Counted from the stretch's first letter, positions 12,001-43,690 are shown. The stretch is DNA of 64,000 bases from Macrostomum lignano (GCA_002269645.1 NIVC01002631.1:1-64000), one strand, 5' to 3'. Notes: a model not told the origin generated them from the sequence alone. Numbers and translations are program-made.

Positions 12001-12374
12001 GAGATCTAAGGGGTGGAGATCTAAGGGGCGGAGATCTAAGGGGCGGAGATCTAAGGGGCGGAGATTTAAGGGGCGGAGATCTAAGGGCAGAAATCTAAGG
12101 GGCGGAGATCTAAGGGGCGGAGATCTAAGGGGCGGAGATCTAAGGGGCGGAGATCTAAGGGGCGGAGATCTAAGGGGTGGAGATCTAAGGGGCGGAGATG
12201 TTGCCCAGCTCAGAAGCAGTTCTCCCCATCCTCACGCAGGTTGAGCGGTCCTCAGCCGCGGAGTTCATGCAGTCTGCCTGGTCCCAAGGCGCCAGCCTAG
12301 CAGAGTCGGACAGCGGACCATCGGGCAGCATCCTTGAGCTGATGCGCAGCATGAACAAGGCCAAACTGGCTTGA
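7362..12374 (+). CDS. STK33: STK33-like CAMK-group Ser/Thr kinase, 4 exons (7362-7598, 9066-9293, 9466-9960, 12240-12374), about 364 aa
   Basis: All introns are GT-AG and phase 0. Motifs [43 protein letters not shown]-terminal VHYVKIDS and C-terminal W.QG....SILELMR resemble STK33. The family call is from memory. Confidence 0.75.
7625..8310. repeat. 20-bp minisatellite CTCTAGTCACTCTCT(G/C/A)ACTG in kinase intron 1
   Basis: About 34 tandem copies. Confidence 0.95.
8848..9044. repeat. (GACA)n microsatellite at the 3' end of kinase intron 1
   Basis: Direct inspection. Confidence 0.95.
9308..9450. repeat. 13/19-bp repeat CTGTACTCTGATC in kinase intron 2
   Basis: Direct inspection. Confidence 0.9.
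9968..12198. repeat. Kinase intron 3 satellite: 24-bp repeat (9968-10090), then about 2.1 kb of 15-bp GGAGATCTAAGGGGC with higher-order structure
   Basis: Direct inspection. The marker block AAGCGCAAAG recurs at about 10286, 10493, 10909, 11326 and 11743. Confidence 0.95.
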
Positions 12375-13204
12375 CCACACCCCTGCACAATATTGCTTTG
12401 AGTTCAAAACCAAACACTCTCTTGTGCCTTTCTGTCTGCTTTCCTCTTGCTTTCAGAACGTTTTCTGCAGATTTTGTATTTCGATTGTAAATGTAATTAC
12501 TCACATTCACGGGGATGTGAACTCTTAACCCCAGCTTTGAGAATTAAACTGGACCTTTCTGTCTTTTACTTTTTGCCTCTGTTTCTTGCTGCTTTTTTGC
12601 TTTGCTTCATCTCTTCTACTTTTCTTTCACTGCCTTCTCTTCTCTCTCATATTCCCTGTCAACTCCCCTCTTATCTCCTCTCTTATCTCCTTCCCATCTC
12701 CTTTCTCCTCTCCCCTCTCATCTCCGCTCTCATCTCCCCTCTCATCTCCCCTCTCATCTCTATTTTGTCTCTCTCACATCCCTCCCAATCGGTAAGAATG
12801 ATACGAATGAGAGCCTGCAGCACGTAGTGGTTAAGGCATTCAGACGGCTGGCCCAGTTCCCACGCCTTTTGAGTACAGAAAGAGCCTCAAACGGCTGCCC
12901 ATGCAATCCCTGTGACAGACAGGTTCAAGTGGCTCCCAGTGCAGTCACAGTAAAGTTACCCAAAGCCTGTCCTTATATTAAAAGCAGAATAAAGTCCTCT
13001 TTTTCTATTTTAAAATTTAGCCAAAGAAGGCCTTTTAGTGCAAGATTTGAATGACCTTGGAAAGGTGAAGGAAATGCTGATTGTTGACGAACTCTTGAAT
13101 CCTTTTTCACTCTCTTCACTTCCTTCTGGCCTTCTTTAATCTCTTTGACCACACTGTACATCTACGAGCGTATAATCTTCCTTCATCTCTCTCCATCTCT
13201 GCTC

Positions 13205-14325
13205 TGCTGCCCACTCCCCTCTGCCCCGACCCCCTCTGCCCACTCACCTCTGCCCCTCTGCTCCTCTGCCCCACTCCCCTCTGCCCCTCTGCCCCACCCC
13301 CCTCTGCCCCAGCCCCTCTGCCCCACCCCCCTCTGCCCCACTCCCCTCTGCCCCACTCCCCTCTGCCCCACTCCCCTCTGCCCCACTCCCCTCTGCCCCA
13401 CTCCCTCTGCCCCACTCCCCTCTGCCCCACCCCCTCTGCCCCACCATCCTCTGCCCCACTCACCTCTGCCCCTCTGCCCCTCTGCCCACACCCCTCTGCC
13501 ACACTCCCCTCTGCCCCACTCCCCTCTGCCCCACTCCCCTCTGCCCCACACCCCTCTGCCCCACTCCCCTCTGCCCCACTCCCCTCTGCCCCACTCCCCT
13601 CTGCCCCACTCCCCTCTGCCCACTCCCCTCTGCCCCACTCCCCTCTGCCCCACTCCCCTCTGCCCCACTCCCCTCTGCCCCACTCCCCTCTGCCCCACTC
13701 CCCTCGGCCCCTCCCCTCTCTGCCCCACTCCCCTCTGCCCCAATCCCCTCTGCCCACCCCCCTCTGCCCCACTCCCCTCTGCCCCACTCCCCTCTGCCCC
13801 ACTCCCCACTGCCCCACTCACCTCTGCCCCACTCCCCTCTGCCCCACTCCCCTCTGCCCACCCCCTCTGCCCCACCATCCTCGGCCCCACTCCCCTCTGC
13901 CCCTCCCCACTCTGCCCCACTCCCTCTGCCCCTCCCCCCTCTGCCCCACTCCCCTCTGCCCCACTCCCCTCTGCCCCACTCCCCTCTGCCCCACTCCCTC
14001 TGCCCCACTCCCCTCTGCCCCACTCCCCTCTGCCCCACTCCCCTCTGCCCCACTCTTCTCTGCCCCTCTCCCCTCTGCCCCACTCCCCTCTGCCCCAATC
14101 CCCTCTGCCCCACTCCCCTCGGCCCCACTCCCCTCTGCCCCTCCCCACTCTGCCCCACTCCCCTCGGCCCCTCCCCTCTCTGCCCCACTCCCCTCTGCCC
14201 CACTCCCCTCGGCCCCACTCCCTCGGCCCCACTCCCCTCTGCCCCTCCCCACTCTGCCCCACTCCCCTCGGCCCCTCCCCCCTCTGCCCCACTCCCCTCT
14301 GCCCCACTCCCCTCGGCCCCACTCC
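13205..14325. repeat. 15-bp C-rich minisatellite CTCTGCCCCACTCCC between two convergent 3' ends
   Basis: Direct inspection. Source of the GQRGV/PLCPT pseudo-ORFs. Confidence 0.95.
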
Positions 14326-14565
14326 ATTCTTTTCTTCCTCTCTTCTTTCAGCAAAGAAAAAGCGTTAGTTCTAGATGCCTCGAGATGCTATTTTATATTT
14401 CAGTTTTTTTTCGAATCACCGAAGCAGTTCTTTGCAGCAATAAAAATCCTAAAAAATCGTTTAAGAAAAAAAATGAACGAGTCAATTTTGTTTTAATTTC
14501 AAAGTCAAATATGATAAAAGTTCTAATGTTGCAATCGCCAAGATCATGGAACTATCTGAAGTCGC

Positions 14566-16998
14566 TTAACTGATCGTCCTGAATGAGCAGCTCTTGTTGA
14601 CCCGGATCTCAACCCATTCACCCCAGAAGCTCTCGGCTCCTTCAGGGCACAGACTGTCCTGCACGTTGTAGTCTTTGCGAATGCGAATCACAGATACTGG
14701 CTGAGTTATCTGGTAGGGAGTGAGCAGTCAGTGAGCAGTCAGTGAGCACTCAGTGATCAGACAGTGATCAGTCAGTGAGCAGTCAGTGAGCAGTCAGTGA
14801 GCAGTCAGTGAGCAGTCAGTGATCAGACAGTGAGCAGTCAGTGAGCAGTCAGTGAGCACTCAGTGATCAGACAGTGATCAGACAGTGAGCAGTCAGTGAG
14901 CAGTCAGTGAGCAGTCAGTGAGCAGTCAGTGAGCAGTCAGTGATCAGACAGTGAGCAGTCAGTGAGCAGTCAGTGATCAGTCAGTGAGCAGTCAGTGATC
15001 AGACAGTGATCAGTCAGTGAGCAGTCAGTGAGCAGTCAGTGAGCAGTCAGTGAGCAGTCAGTGATCAGACAGTGATCAGTCAGTGAGTAGTCAGTGGGCA
15101 GTCAGTGAGCAGTCAGTGAGCAGTCAGCAATGAATGTGCTCACCTGCTCGCACACTCCAACAATCGAGTTTAGCCTATCATCAACCCGACTGCACAGGCA
15201 GTTTAGCTGAACCTGAGCGGCAGGCAGTTCATCAGGCCTGGCTTCAACAACGGCAGTGACCGGGCACACGAGCCCGTCCAGGCGTGTGATCAAAGATCCG
15301 TCGCAAACGTCCTTGTACACCGCGTCGCGAGATTCCTCTACAAGAAATCTGTTGTATTCAAGTTGATCTCGAATGGATCTCAGCGATTGGTTCAGAGTAG
15401 TTGAAGGCTTCTCCTTGCACACGAGCACGCCGGAGCGGCCATCCCCCGGGTGCAGGTGGTAGATAAGCAGCCCCGTGGCCAGCAGCAGCAGCAGCACCAA
15501 TATTGACAGGCACTTTTTCGACTGGCCCTGTCACGGGGGGCGGGAATTGCCGTCAGAACTGTCCTGGCCCTCACTGACTCTCGTCTGAGATCTGTGACTC
15601 TATCCTGACACTCAGTGAATCTATTATGACCTTTCAGTGACTCTATCCTGAGATCTCAGTGCCTCATCCTGACCCCTCAGTGAGTCAACCTCACATCTCA
15701 GTGACTCAACCTGGCATCTCAGTGACTCAACCTCACATCTCAGTGACTCAACCTCTCATCTCAGTGACTCAACCTCTCATCTCAGTGACTCGACCTCTCA
15801 TCTCAGTGACTGAACCTCACATCTCAGTGACTCAACCTGGCATCTCAGTGACTCAACCTCTCATCTCAGTGACTCAACCTCACATCTCAGTGACTGAACC
15901 TCTCATCTCAGTGACTCAACCTCTCATCTCAGTGACTCAACCTCACATCTCAGTGACTGAACCTCTCATCTCAGTGACTCAACCTCTCATCTCAGTGACT
16001 GAACCTCTCATCTCAGTGACTGAACCTCACATCTCAGTGACTCAACCTCGCATCTCAGTGACTCAACCTCTCATCTCAGTGACTCAACCTCTCATCTCAG
16101 TGACTCAACCTCTCATCTCAGTGACTGAACCTCACATCTCAGTGACTCAACCTCACATCTCAGTGACTCAACCTCACATCTCAGTGACTCAACCTCTCAT
16201 CTCAGTGACTCAACCTCACATCTCAGTGACTGAACCTCTCATCTCAGTGACTGAACCTCACATCTCAGTGACTCAACCTCTCATCTCAGTGACTGAACCT
16301 CTCATCTCAGTGACTGAACCTCACATCTCAGTGACTCAACCTCGCATCTCAGTGACTCAACCTCTCATCTCAGTGACTCAACCTCTCATCTCAGTGACTC
16401 AACCTCTCATCTCAGTGACTGAACCTCACATCTCAGTGACTCAACCTCACATCTCAGTGACTCAACCTCACATCTCAGTGACTCAACCTCTCATCTCAGT
16501 GACTCAACCTCACATCTCAGTGACTCAACCTCACATCTCAGTGACTCAACCTCACATCTCAGTGACTCAACCTCACATCTCAGTGACTCAACCTCTCATC
16601 TCAGTGACTCAACCTCTCATCTCAGTGACTCGACCTCTCATCTCAGTGACTCAACCTCTCATCTCAGTGACTCAACCTCTCATCTCAGTGACTGAACCTC
16701 ACATCTCAGTGACTGAACCTCACATCTCAGTGACTGAACCTCACATCTCAGTGACTCAACCTCTCATCTCAGTGACTGAACCTCACATCTCAGTGACTCA
16801 ACCTCGCATCTCAGTGACTCAACCTCTCATCTCAGTGACTCAACCTCATATCTCAGTGACTCAACCTCACATCTCAGTGACTGAACATCACATCTCAGTG
16901 ACTCAACCTCTCATCTCAGTGACTCTCAGCAGCAACTCCAACCTCTCCCTCATAGAAAGGCATCAATAAGAAAGCAACCAACTCACCTGATCTTTCAT
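14566..16998 (-). CDS. Uncharacterised Cys-rich protein with N-terminal signal anchor, 3 exons (16998-16987, 15527-15144, 14709-14566), about 179 aa
   Basis: ATG AAA GAT CAG|gtgagt, gtgacag|GGC CAG, GAG CAG|gtgagc, ctaccag|ATA ACT. All junctions are phase 0 and the frame is open to TAA. Peptide MKDQGQSKKCLSILVLLLLLATGLLIYHLHPG...ITQPVSVIRIRKDYNVQDSLCPEGAESFWGEWVEIRVNKSCSFRTIS. Exon 1 is only 12 nt and is the least certain. Confidence 0.65.
14720..15126. repeat. 11-bp minisatellite CAGTGAGCAGT (intron 2 of the 179-aa gene)
   Basis: Direct inspection. Confidence 0.95.
15640..16925. repeat. 21-bp minisatellite CTCAGTGACTCAACCTC(T/A)CAT (intron 1 of the 179-aa gene), about 60 copies
   Basis: Direct inspection. 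It explains the (ISVTQPL)n ORF 15659..16969. Confidence 0.95.
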
Positions 16999-17475
16999 GG
17001 TTACAAAAAAAGAAGAAATTAATATTCTCCGACAGAAGTCACTCAGTGAGAGAGCACACCATTTTTTGCATGCAGCCGGGAAGTTACGGCCTGCTACTGG
17101 TATGCACAGTGTGGAGCAAATCGTCTCTTCTTTTATCTGAAGTTCGGTTTAATCTAGGACTCTGTTGCTCCAGTTTTATTGCTTTAGATTGTGTTGTGTT
17201 TCTCATTGGCTATCTTGTCTTTGAAATAGATTTTTCAGAAGGGCGGCACTGAGCACTGACAAGGTAAGGTTTGAAGTCTGGAGCAATGCTTGCTAGCCAT
17301 ATCGATGGACTGCTTTTGATAATAAATCAATAAAACAGAAATATTACAGTGTTTGTTTGTATTTATTCGTAAGTTTATAATAATAGACAAGTAATTTTGG
17401 CTGCGTGCAATATTACTATGCAATTGAACATGTGCTGTTATAATTTGCTTACATGAACATTTGGCATGGAGTAGG

Positions 17476-17905
17476 ACTGGGGGGTGGGGAGCGTAGGGTG
17501 GGGAGTGAGGGGTAGGGACTGAGGGGTGGGGAGCGTAGGGCGGGGAGTGAGGGTTAGGGACTGAGGGGTGGGGAGCGTAGGGTGGGGAGTGAGGGGTGGG
17601 GAGTGACGGTTGGGGAGTGAGGGGTGGGGAGTGAGGGTTGGGGAGTGAGGGGTGGGGAGTGAAGGTTGGGGAGTGAGGGGTGGGGAGTGAGGGTTGGGGA
17701 GTGAGGGGTGGGGAGTGAAGGTTGGGGAGTGAGGGGTGGGGAGTGAGGGTTGGGGAGTGAGGGGTGGGGAGTGAGGGGTGGGGAGTGAGGGGTGGGGACT
17801 GAGGGGTGGGGAGTGAGGGGTCGGGAGTGAGGGGTGGGGAGTGAGGGGTCGGGAGTGAGGGGTCGGGAGTGAGGGGTGGGGACTGAGGGGTGGGGACTGA
17901 GGGGT
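17476..17905. repeat. 15-bp G-rich minisatellite GGGGTGGGGAGTGAG
   Basis: Direct inspection. Confidence 0.95.
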
Positions 17906-18014
17906 GTGGAATATTGAAGCAGGAGTGAATGCAAAGTAGAGCATAAGAGCATTTAATATATTTAAATAGCATTAAGGTAATTTAATATTTAGCGATTTCA
18001 GCGGCATAGCAGCT

Positions 18015-25634
<7,620 letters not shown>

Positions 25635-26325
25635 TTTAAAGTAAAAACAGTACAACCTGCTGAATCATAGAAAAATTAACAATATTCTAGACAAGCTTTC
25701 AGAGACTGAATTATATACGTTTCTTCTACCGGTATTTACATAGCTAATAGATAGATAGATATATAGATGTCTATGGCTAGTAAAATTGAAATATTGTTTC
25801 ACAAATTCGAAATTGATTCTGCAAATGACGCTTGGTAGTAACAACAAAATCGATTTCTGAAACGTTTTTACATTTTATAAAAAAAAATTGACAAAAAAAA
25901 GTATTTCAGATTTTAGTTCTTTACTGTACTTTTATTTTAGTAAATTAAAAACATTTTGTTTATGTGAGAAAAAATTTTGCGAAGTAAAAAACTGGCGCCG
26001 ATTTAGTTTCATTCTTTAGAAACTTTTCTTGGCTACAAACGAGCGTGGATAGTCAGCGATTAAACTCTAGCATCAAATTTAAAGCAATTTCTGTAAGTTA
26101 GCTATATGTTTGCGTCCATATATTTTATTTAAAAAATATTTCTGTAATTTTGTACTTTTAAGCAAGTGAATAAGCAATTTTTCCCGCTGCATGATGAAAC
26201 AGTAAAGAAGTCCGTAATATTAGAACTTTGTATTTTTATTGAACAGAAGTTTTTAGTTAACAATAATTTAAATAATTCTACTAATTTATTAATTATCACT
26301 TGTTAGACTCTCCCACAGCTGACTC

Positions 26326-38806
<12,481 letters not shown>

Positions 38807-38861
38807 CTTATTGGCAGGTGAACGAACTCGAATTCCAACAGTACAGGTGTCCGAGTCGGGA

Positions 38862-39292
38862 AATCTAGACCCGAGTCCCAATGTCTAGATCCCGAGTCAC
38901 AACATCTAGATTCCCGAGTCCCAACATCTAGATTCCCGAGTCCCAATGTCTAGATCCCGAGTCACAATATCTAGATTCCCGAGTCCCAATATCTACTAGA
39001 TTCCAGAGTCCCAATATCTAGATTCCCGAGTCCCAACATCTAGATTCCCGAGTCCCAATATCTACTAGATTCCCGAGTCCCAACATCTAGATTCCCGAGT
39101 CCCAATATCTAGATCCCGAGTCCCAACATCTAGATTCCCGAGTTCCAACATCTAGATCCCGAGTCCCAACATCTAGATCCCGAGTCCCAACATCTAGATT
39201 CGCGAGTCCCAACATCTAGATTCGCGAGTCCCAACATCTAGATTCGCGAGTACCAATATATAGATCCCGAGTCCAAACATCTAGATGCCGAA
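38862..39292. repeat. 21-22-bp TCTAGATTCCCGAGTCCCAACA repeat just 3' of the filamin stop
   Basis: Direct inspection. Confidence 0.92.
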
Positions 39293-40009
39293 TTCACAAG
39301 TAATATTTATAACGTATAGACTGTGAAGTTTGTATGCCGGCTACCACGGTCAACTCGTATTGTCATTCCAGCATCCTACAGTAAGTCGTTGACTCGTTTA
39401 GCTATTTTCATCAGCCACAAGAACTTTTTTAATTTCTACTAACAAGTAAAGTAAAACACGAATGAAAAATATTATTATAGTATTTACACATAGCGGCGTT
39501 TTCTCAACGTTCCCGCAAATTTTTTATCCGTAAGGTCACACAGCAAACCCATTTAATGTACATTTCAAAGATAAATATTTTTAACGATTTGAAAAAATTA
39601 ACGTTGATTCTCGGCCACATTTAACTGCTATTAACAATTTTTTCAAACGATATTTAGCAACCTTCACTAAACTGTTTTGCCGTGAAATTTTGGCCTAATA
39701 ATCAAAAAGTGTTTTTTGAAAGCAAAATACCTTCTTTCATTAACTTTCGAGCACCTTCAAAGGGAAGTGATTAATTAGTATAATGCATATATAGCTCTCT
39801 TCCCAGTTTGAAGCCTCACGTATCTGCTAGTGAGGACAATTAGCTTGTGCTATTGATAATTAAAATATATGCGACTCAAAACCATTTTATTAAATCATGA
39901 ATAAACCCCTGGTTTTTTAGCTAAACGTATAAATGCACTGTTTTAATTTTTTCTACCAGACACAGAGGTAACATTTCCATCCAATATGTACCAATCCTCA
40001 TACAATCAC

Positions 40010-40223
40010 CTCCCTCTGCACACCCACCTTACTCCGCACAACCACCTCACTCCGCACACCCACCTCACTCCGCATGCACACCTCACTCCACACCACTCCG
40101 CACACACACACCTCACTCCACACACACACACCTTACTCCACACATGCACACCTCACACCGCACACACACACACACCTCACTCCACACATACACAACTCAC
40201 TCCGCACACACACACACCTCACT

Positions 40224-40263
<40 letters not shown>

Positions 40264-40265
40264 CA
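40010..40265. repeat. CA-rich low-complexity tract and (CA)n
   Basis: Direct inspection. Confidence 0.85.
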
Positions 40266-40429
40266 TTCCGCACTTCCACGTCACTACGCACACCAACCTA
40301 TAACTCGGATTCCCCATAAGAACTCTTGAATTTGAAAATAAAGCAAGTATGTGTCTTGTAGAGGTTGCTCCAAAAGTTGATCCTGCGAGTTCAGCTATAT
40401 TAAATACACTAACGGACATGCATGATTTG

Positions 40430-40932
40430 TCATTGGATGCAGCGACTGACTGGTCATTGGATGCTGGGACTGACTGGTCATTGGATACTGTGACTGACTG
40501 GTCATTGGATGCAGCGACTGACTGGTCATTGGATACTGTGACTGACTGGTCATTGGATGCAGCGACTGACTGGTCATTGGATGCAGCGACTGACTGGTCA
40601 TTGGATGCAGCGACTGACTGGTCATTGGATGCTGTGACTGACTGGTCATTGGGTGCTGTGATTGACTGGTCATTGGATACTGTGACTGACTGGTCATTGG
40701 ATACTGTGACTGACTGGTCATTGGATGCAGCGACTGACTGGTCATTGGATGCAGCGACTGACTGGTCATTGGATGCTGTGACTGACTGGTCATTGGGTGC
40801 TGTGATTGACTGGTCATTGGATACTGTGACTGACTGGTCATTGGATACTGTGACTGACTGGTCATTGGGTGCTGTGACTGACTGGTCATTGGATGCTGTG
40901 ACTGACTGGTCATTGGATGAAGTGACTGACTG
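40430..40932. repeat. 21-bp minisatellite GACTGACTGGTCATTGGATGC
   Basis: About 24 copies. Confidence 0.95.
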
Positions 40933-41119
40933 AGTGGTCTGAGTGGTAATTCGATTAGCTTCTGTGTGAATTACTTTAAGAAAATTCAACAAAGATCATT
41001 AATACGAAACGACAACAACTGTTGAACAACTGCGAGCAACTTAAAAAAGCTTGGCACACAGGAAGGACCAAGACCGTAATCCACTTCTGCAAATCACGGA
41101 GCGCCAAGTTGAATATTCG

Positions 41120-41170
41120 CTACACAATGTGCTGCTCAAAGTGCCGTTTCAGACTGCTGCCAGACTGAAT
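41120..41170 (-). pseudogene. ZNF copy Z0: only the last 17 codons remain (IQSGSSLKRHFEQHIV*)
   Basis: Homologous to the terminal finger, stop and 3' flank of the other copies (GAATATTCGCTACACAA). Confidence 0.75.
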
Positions 41171-41713
41171 ATCCGCTGGCTGAGGCCCTGAGAGCTGAGC
41201 AAGTGCCAGTGACAGCAGCTGCATTTCAACAGTTTACGTGCCCCATTAAAGTCAATAGAGAAATAACTAACATATCAAGACAAATATTCAAACAAACCAG
41301 TTAGTAAAACAAACCACAAATAAAGTTTGCAGTAACACCGGTTTAATTTATAAATACAGAAAAAAATAAGTTTTGAGATTAAATTTCAGCTACGCATTTA
41401 CCTCCAGACACGGGGAAACTTAAATACATGCTGTGACCAAATTCCATCATGAAAGCAATACTAACGCTTGATTACACAGAAACTGGTCGAAACCTTTGGC
41501 AACAACAAGAAGTGAAAAACATTTAGCAGAGTGCACTACAGTGGCTGCCTGAGTGCATTGGGTGCTGGATGAATTACTCTAGGAAAATTTAATAAAGATT
41601 ATTAATATACAACGACAAAAAAGCTGATAAATGATTGCAAACGCTTGGTGCACAGTAAGGACCAAGACCGGTGGTTCACTTCAGCAATCACGGAGAGCGA
41701 AGTTTAAAATTCG

Positions 41714-42157
41714 CTACACAAGGGACTGCTTGGAGTGCTCTTTTAGACTGCTGCCTTGATTGAGTCTCTTGCCGCCCGACATGCATTCAAACGGCTTTTC
41801 TCCTGTGTGCAGCCTTAAGTACGTAGTGAGGTTGCAGCTGACACTGAATATCTTGTTGCACACCTTGCACTGAAACGGCCTCTCACCAGTGTGAGACTGG
41901 ATGTGCCCGTGAAAATGAGTTGCATCTGAGAAGGACTTCCCACACCGCTTGCACCTGTACAGTTTCGCCTTCTCGTGCACTGCACTAATGTGAGCATTGA
42001 GGTGGCTTTTTCTCGAGAATTTCTTTTGGCAAGTGTCGCACTGGATCGGCCTCTGGACACCCTGAGCTCGACAGTGCCGTGTTGCAGCACACTTTGTAGC
42101 TCGGGTCTTCCCGACTGACTCGCACTCGTGACGCTTCGTTACTGCACAACTGCCGTC
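41714..42157 (-). pseudogene. ZNF copy Z1: 5'-truncated, 4 fingers, 2 of them degenerate
   Basis: Homology to Z2/Z3 stops at about 42157, where Gypsy gag sequence begins. Finger 3 has H>Y and finger 4 reads CMSGG. Confidence 0.75.
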
Positions 42158-43690
42158 CTGGAGTCGGATTTTGAGAGCCAACTGCGAGCACAAGCCGACA
42201 GTTTTTAATTTGGAGACTTTCTGAAAGAAGGTCGGTTCGTAGCCGGACGGTGCAATGCGTCGGTGGTGCAAGAATTGATTATTGACTACTAAAGACTCAT
42301 TGACATCTAAGCTGGAGTTGGAGACTGCTACGGCGCAAGAGCAAGTCAGTACGTGTGCCTTGACTTCAAATAGACAGGTGGAAGTAGTAAATTTAATGAT
42401 ATGCAGACTGCGACATCAAAGCAGTGCTCAAAGCCAGGGACGCATTTCGGGAAAGGCTACAGTTTCTGTAGGATGAAGCATTCGACAAACTCATCCTCGG
42501 CACACGTAACCAAGTGTCAAACTGTGGGAGAATGAGCTATTTTGAAGCCGCATGCAGGCTTTAAAGACCATTCGTCTCGTGTGGAAGAGCAAAATTCACT
42601 TCAAACAAAACCAAGAATTCACTGGGTTGACCTTAAACTGAACGGTAAAGACGTTGCAACGATGGTGGATTCTGGAACATCCGTGACTTGCATTCCCAAG
42701 AGCCTGGCTCAACAGCTGGGACTACTCTGGAGAGATAAAAATGGTCAATTAATTCTTATGGGGGACAATATCTGCGAATGTTAGATTGCATAATGTTCAA
42801 TTGGATGAAAGTGATTGCTTACTACCTGTGCTACTCATGGACTTAAAAGCAAAGCCAGTCCGATCGAAATAGTTCAAGGTTAAGAAGTCGAAGTTAGCAA
42901 ACGCTGTTGTCAAGCTTCAGTGGTCTTTAAGCGAATCCAATTGGAGAGACCAGCAGTGTCGAGAGTCCGACCATTCCCGTTTTCGCTTTTACCAGCCGTT
43001 AAGGAAAGGTTAAAGGATTTGGAAAGGTGACAAATTATTGAAAAAGTACAATGCAACGACCTGTGTTTGCTAACACTATTGTGCTAGTTCTGAAAAGTTC
43101 GAGAGTTCTTAGATCATGCTCCGGCTGGTGTTCATCCTTCAAGTGGCCATAAGACTGCGCTATCCTTTATGATTTGACGAAGGACGTTGTCTGGACTAGG
43201 ACGCCAGAACACCAGAGTGCAGTGAAGAAACTGAAGCAGGACATCATATCGAGACACTTGCTGACTCCGTATGATCCAACTGAAGAGCTGTTCCTGACCA
43301 CTGATGAGTCATCCTAACGGCATTGGAGGAGAGTTGAAACAAAAGTGCCACTCGGAGAGAAGCAGATCGAAGATAGTTTCAGTAGATTGTGATCATGCAA
43401 AGATATGCCAGAGTCGTATCGACAACTTCAGAGTAGACTGAGCTACACTGAGAAACTCCTGCTACTGGATCACCGGATAGTCTTTCCTGCTAAGCTGCAA
43501 GCATTGGTCACAAACCGGAGAACATTCGTGGGTCTGATGATGCTTCGTGACCATATCAGACAGAGCACAGCGAGCGACGGACAATCATCTCGAAGACAAC
43601 GATCAGCAAACCAAACTCTTTAGAGCGACAGCAGTGAGCACAGATATCCAGTGCGGACAACAGGACTGGTATTGATTGCTTTGTACCGGT
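42158..43690 (+). mobile_element. Decayed Ty3/Gypsy LTR-retrotransposon internal region (gag, protease, RT, RNase H and integrase fragments)
   Basis: LRAQAD..FGDFL.E..RFVAG (gag), DLKLNGKDVATMVDSGTSVTCIP (aspartic protease), RPFPFSLLPAVKERLKDLE..IIEKV (RT), LLTPYDPTEELFLTTD (RNase H), LLLDHRIVFP (integrase). Many stops and shifts. Confidence 0.8.

Noticed and set aside
12815-12935. tRNA or SINE-like A box (GTAGTGGTTAAG) with GGTTCAAG downstream
   Set aside because: The boxes are about 95 bp apart, the B box is incomplete, and no cloverleaf can be drawn.
13116-14368. Long G/P-rich ORFs (up to 407 aa)
   Set aside because: They are translations of a 15-bp minisatellite in several frames on both strands, with no splice context.
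15659-16969. 436-aa (ISVTQPL)n mucin-like ORF
   Set aside because: It is a stop-free 21-bp repeat lying antisense within an intron, with no ATG start or signal peptide.
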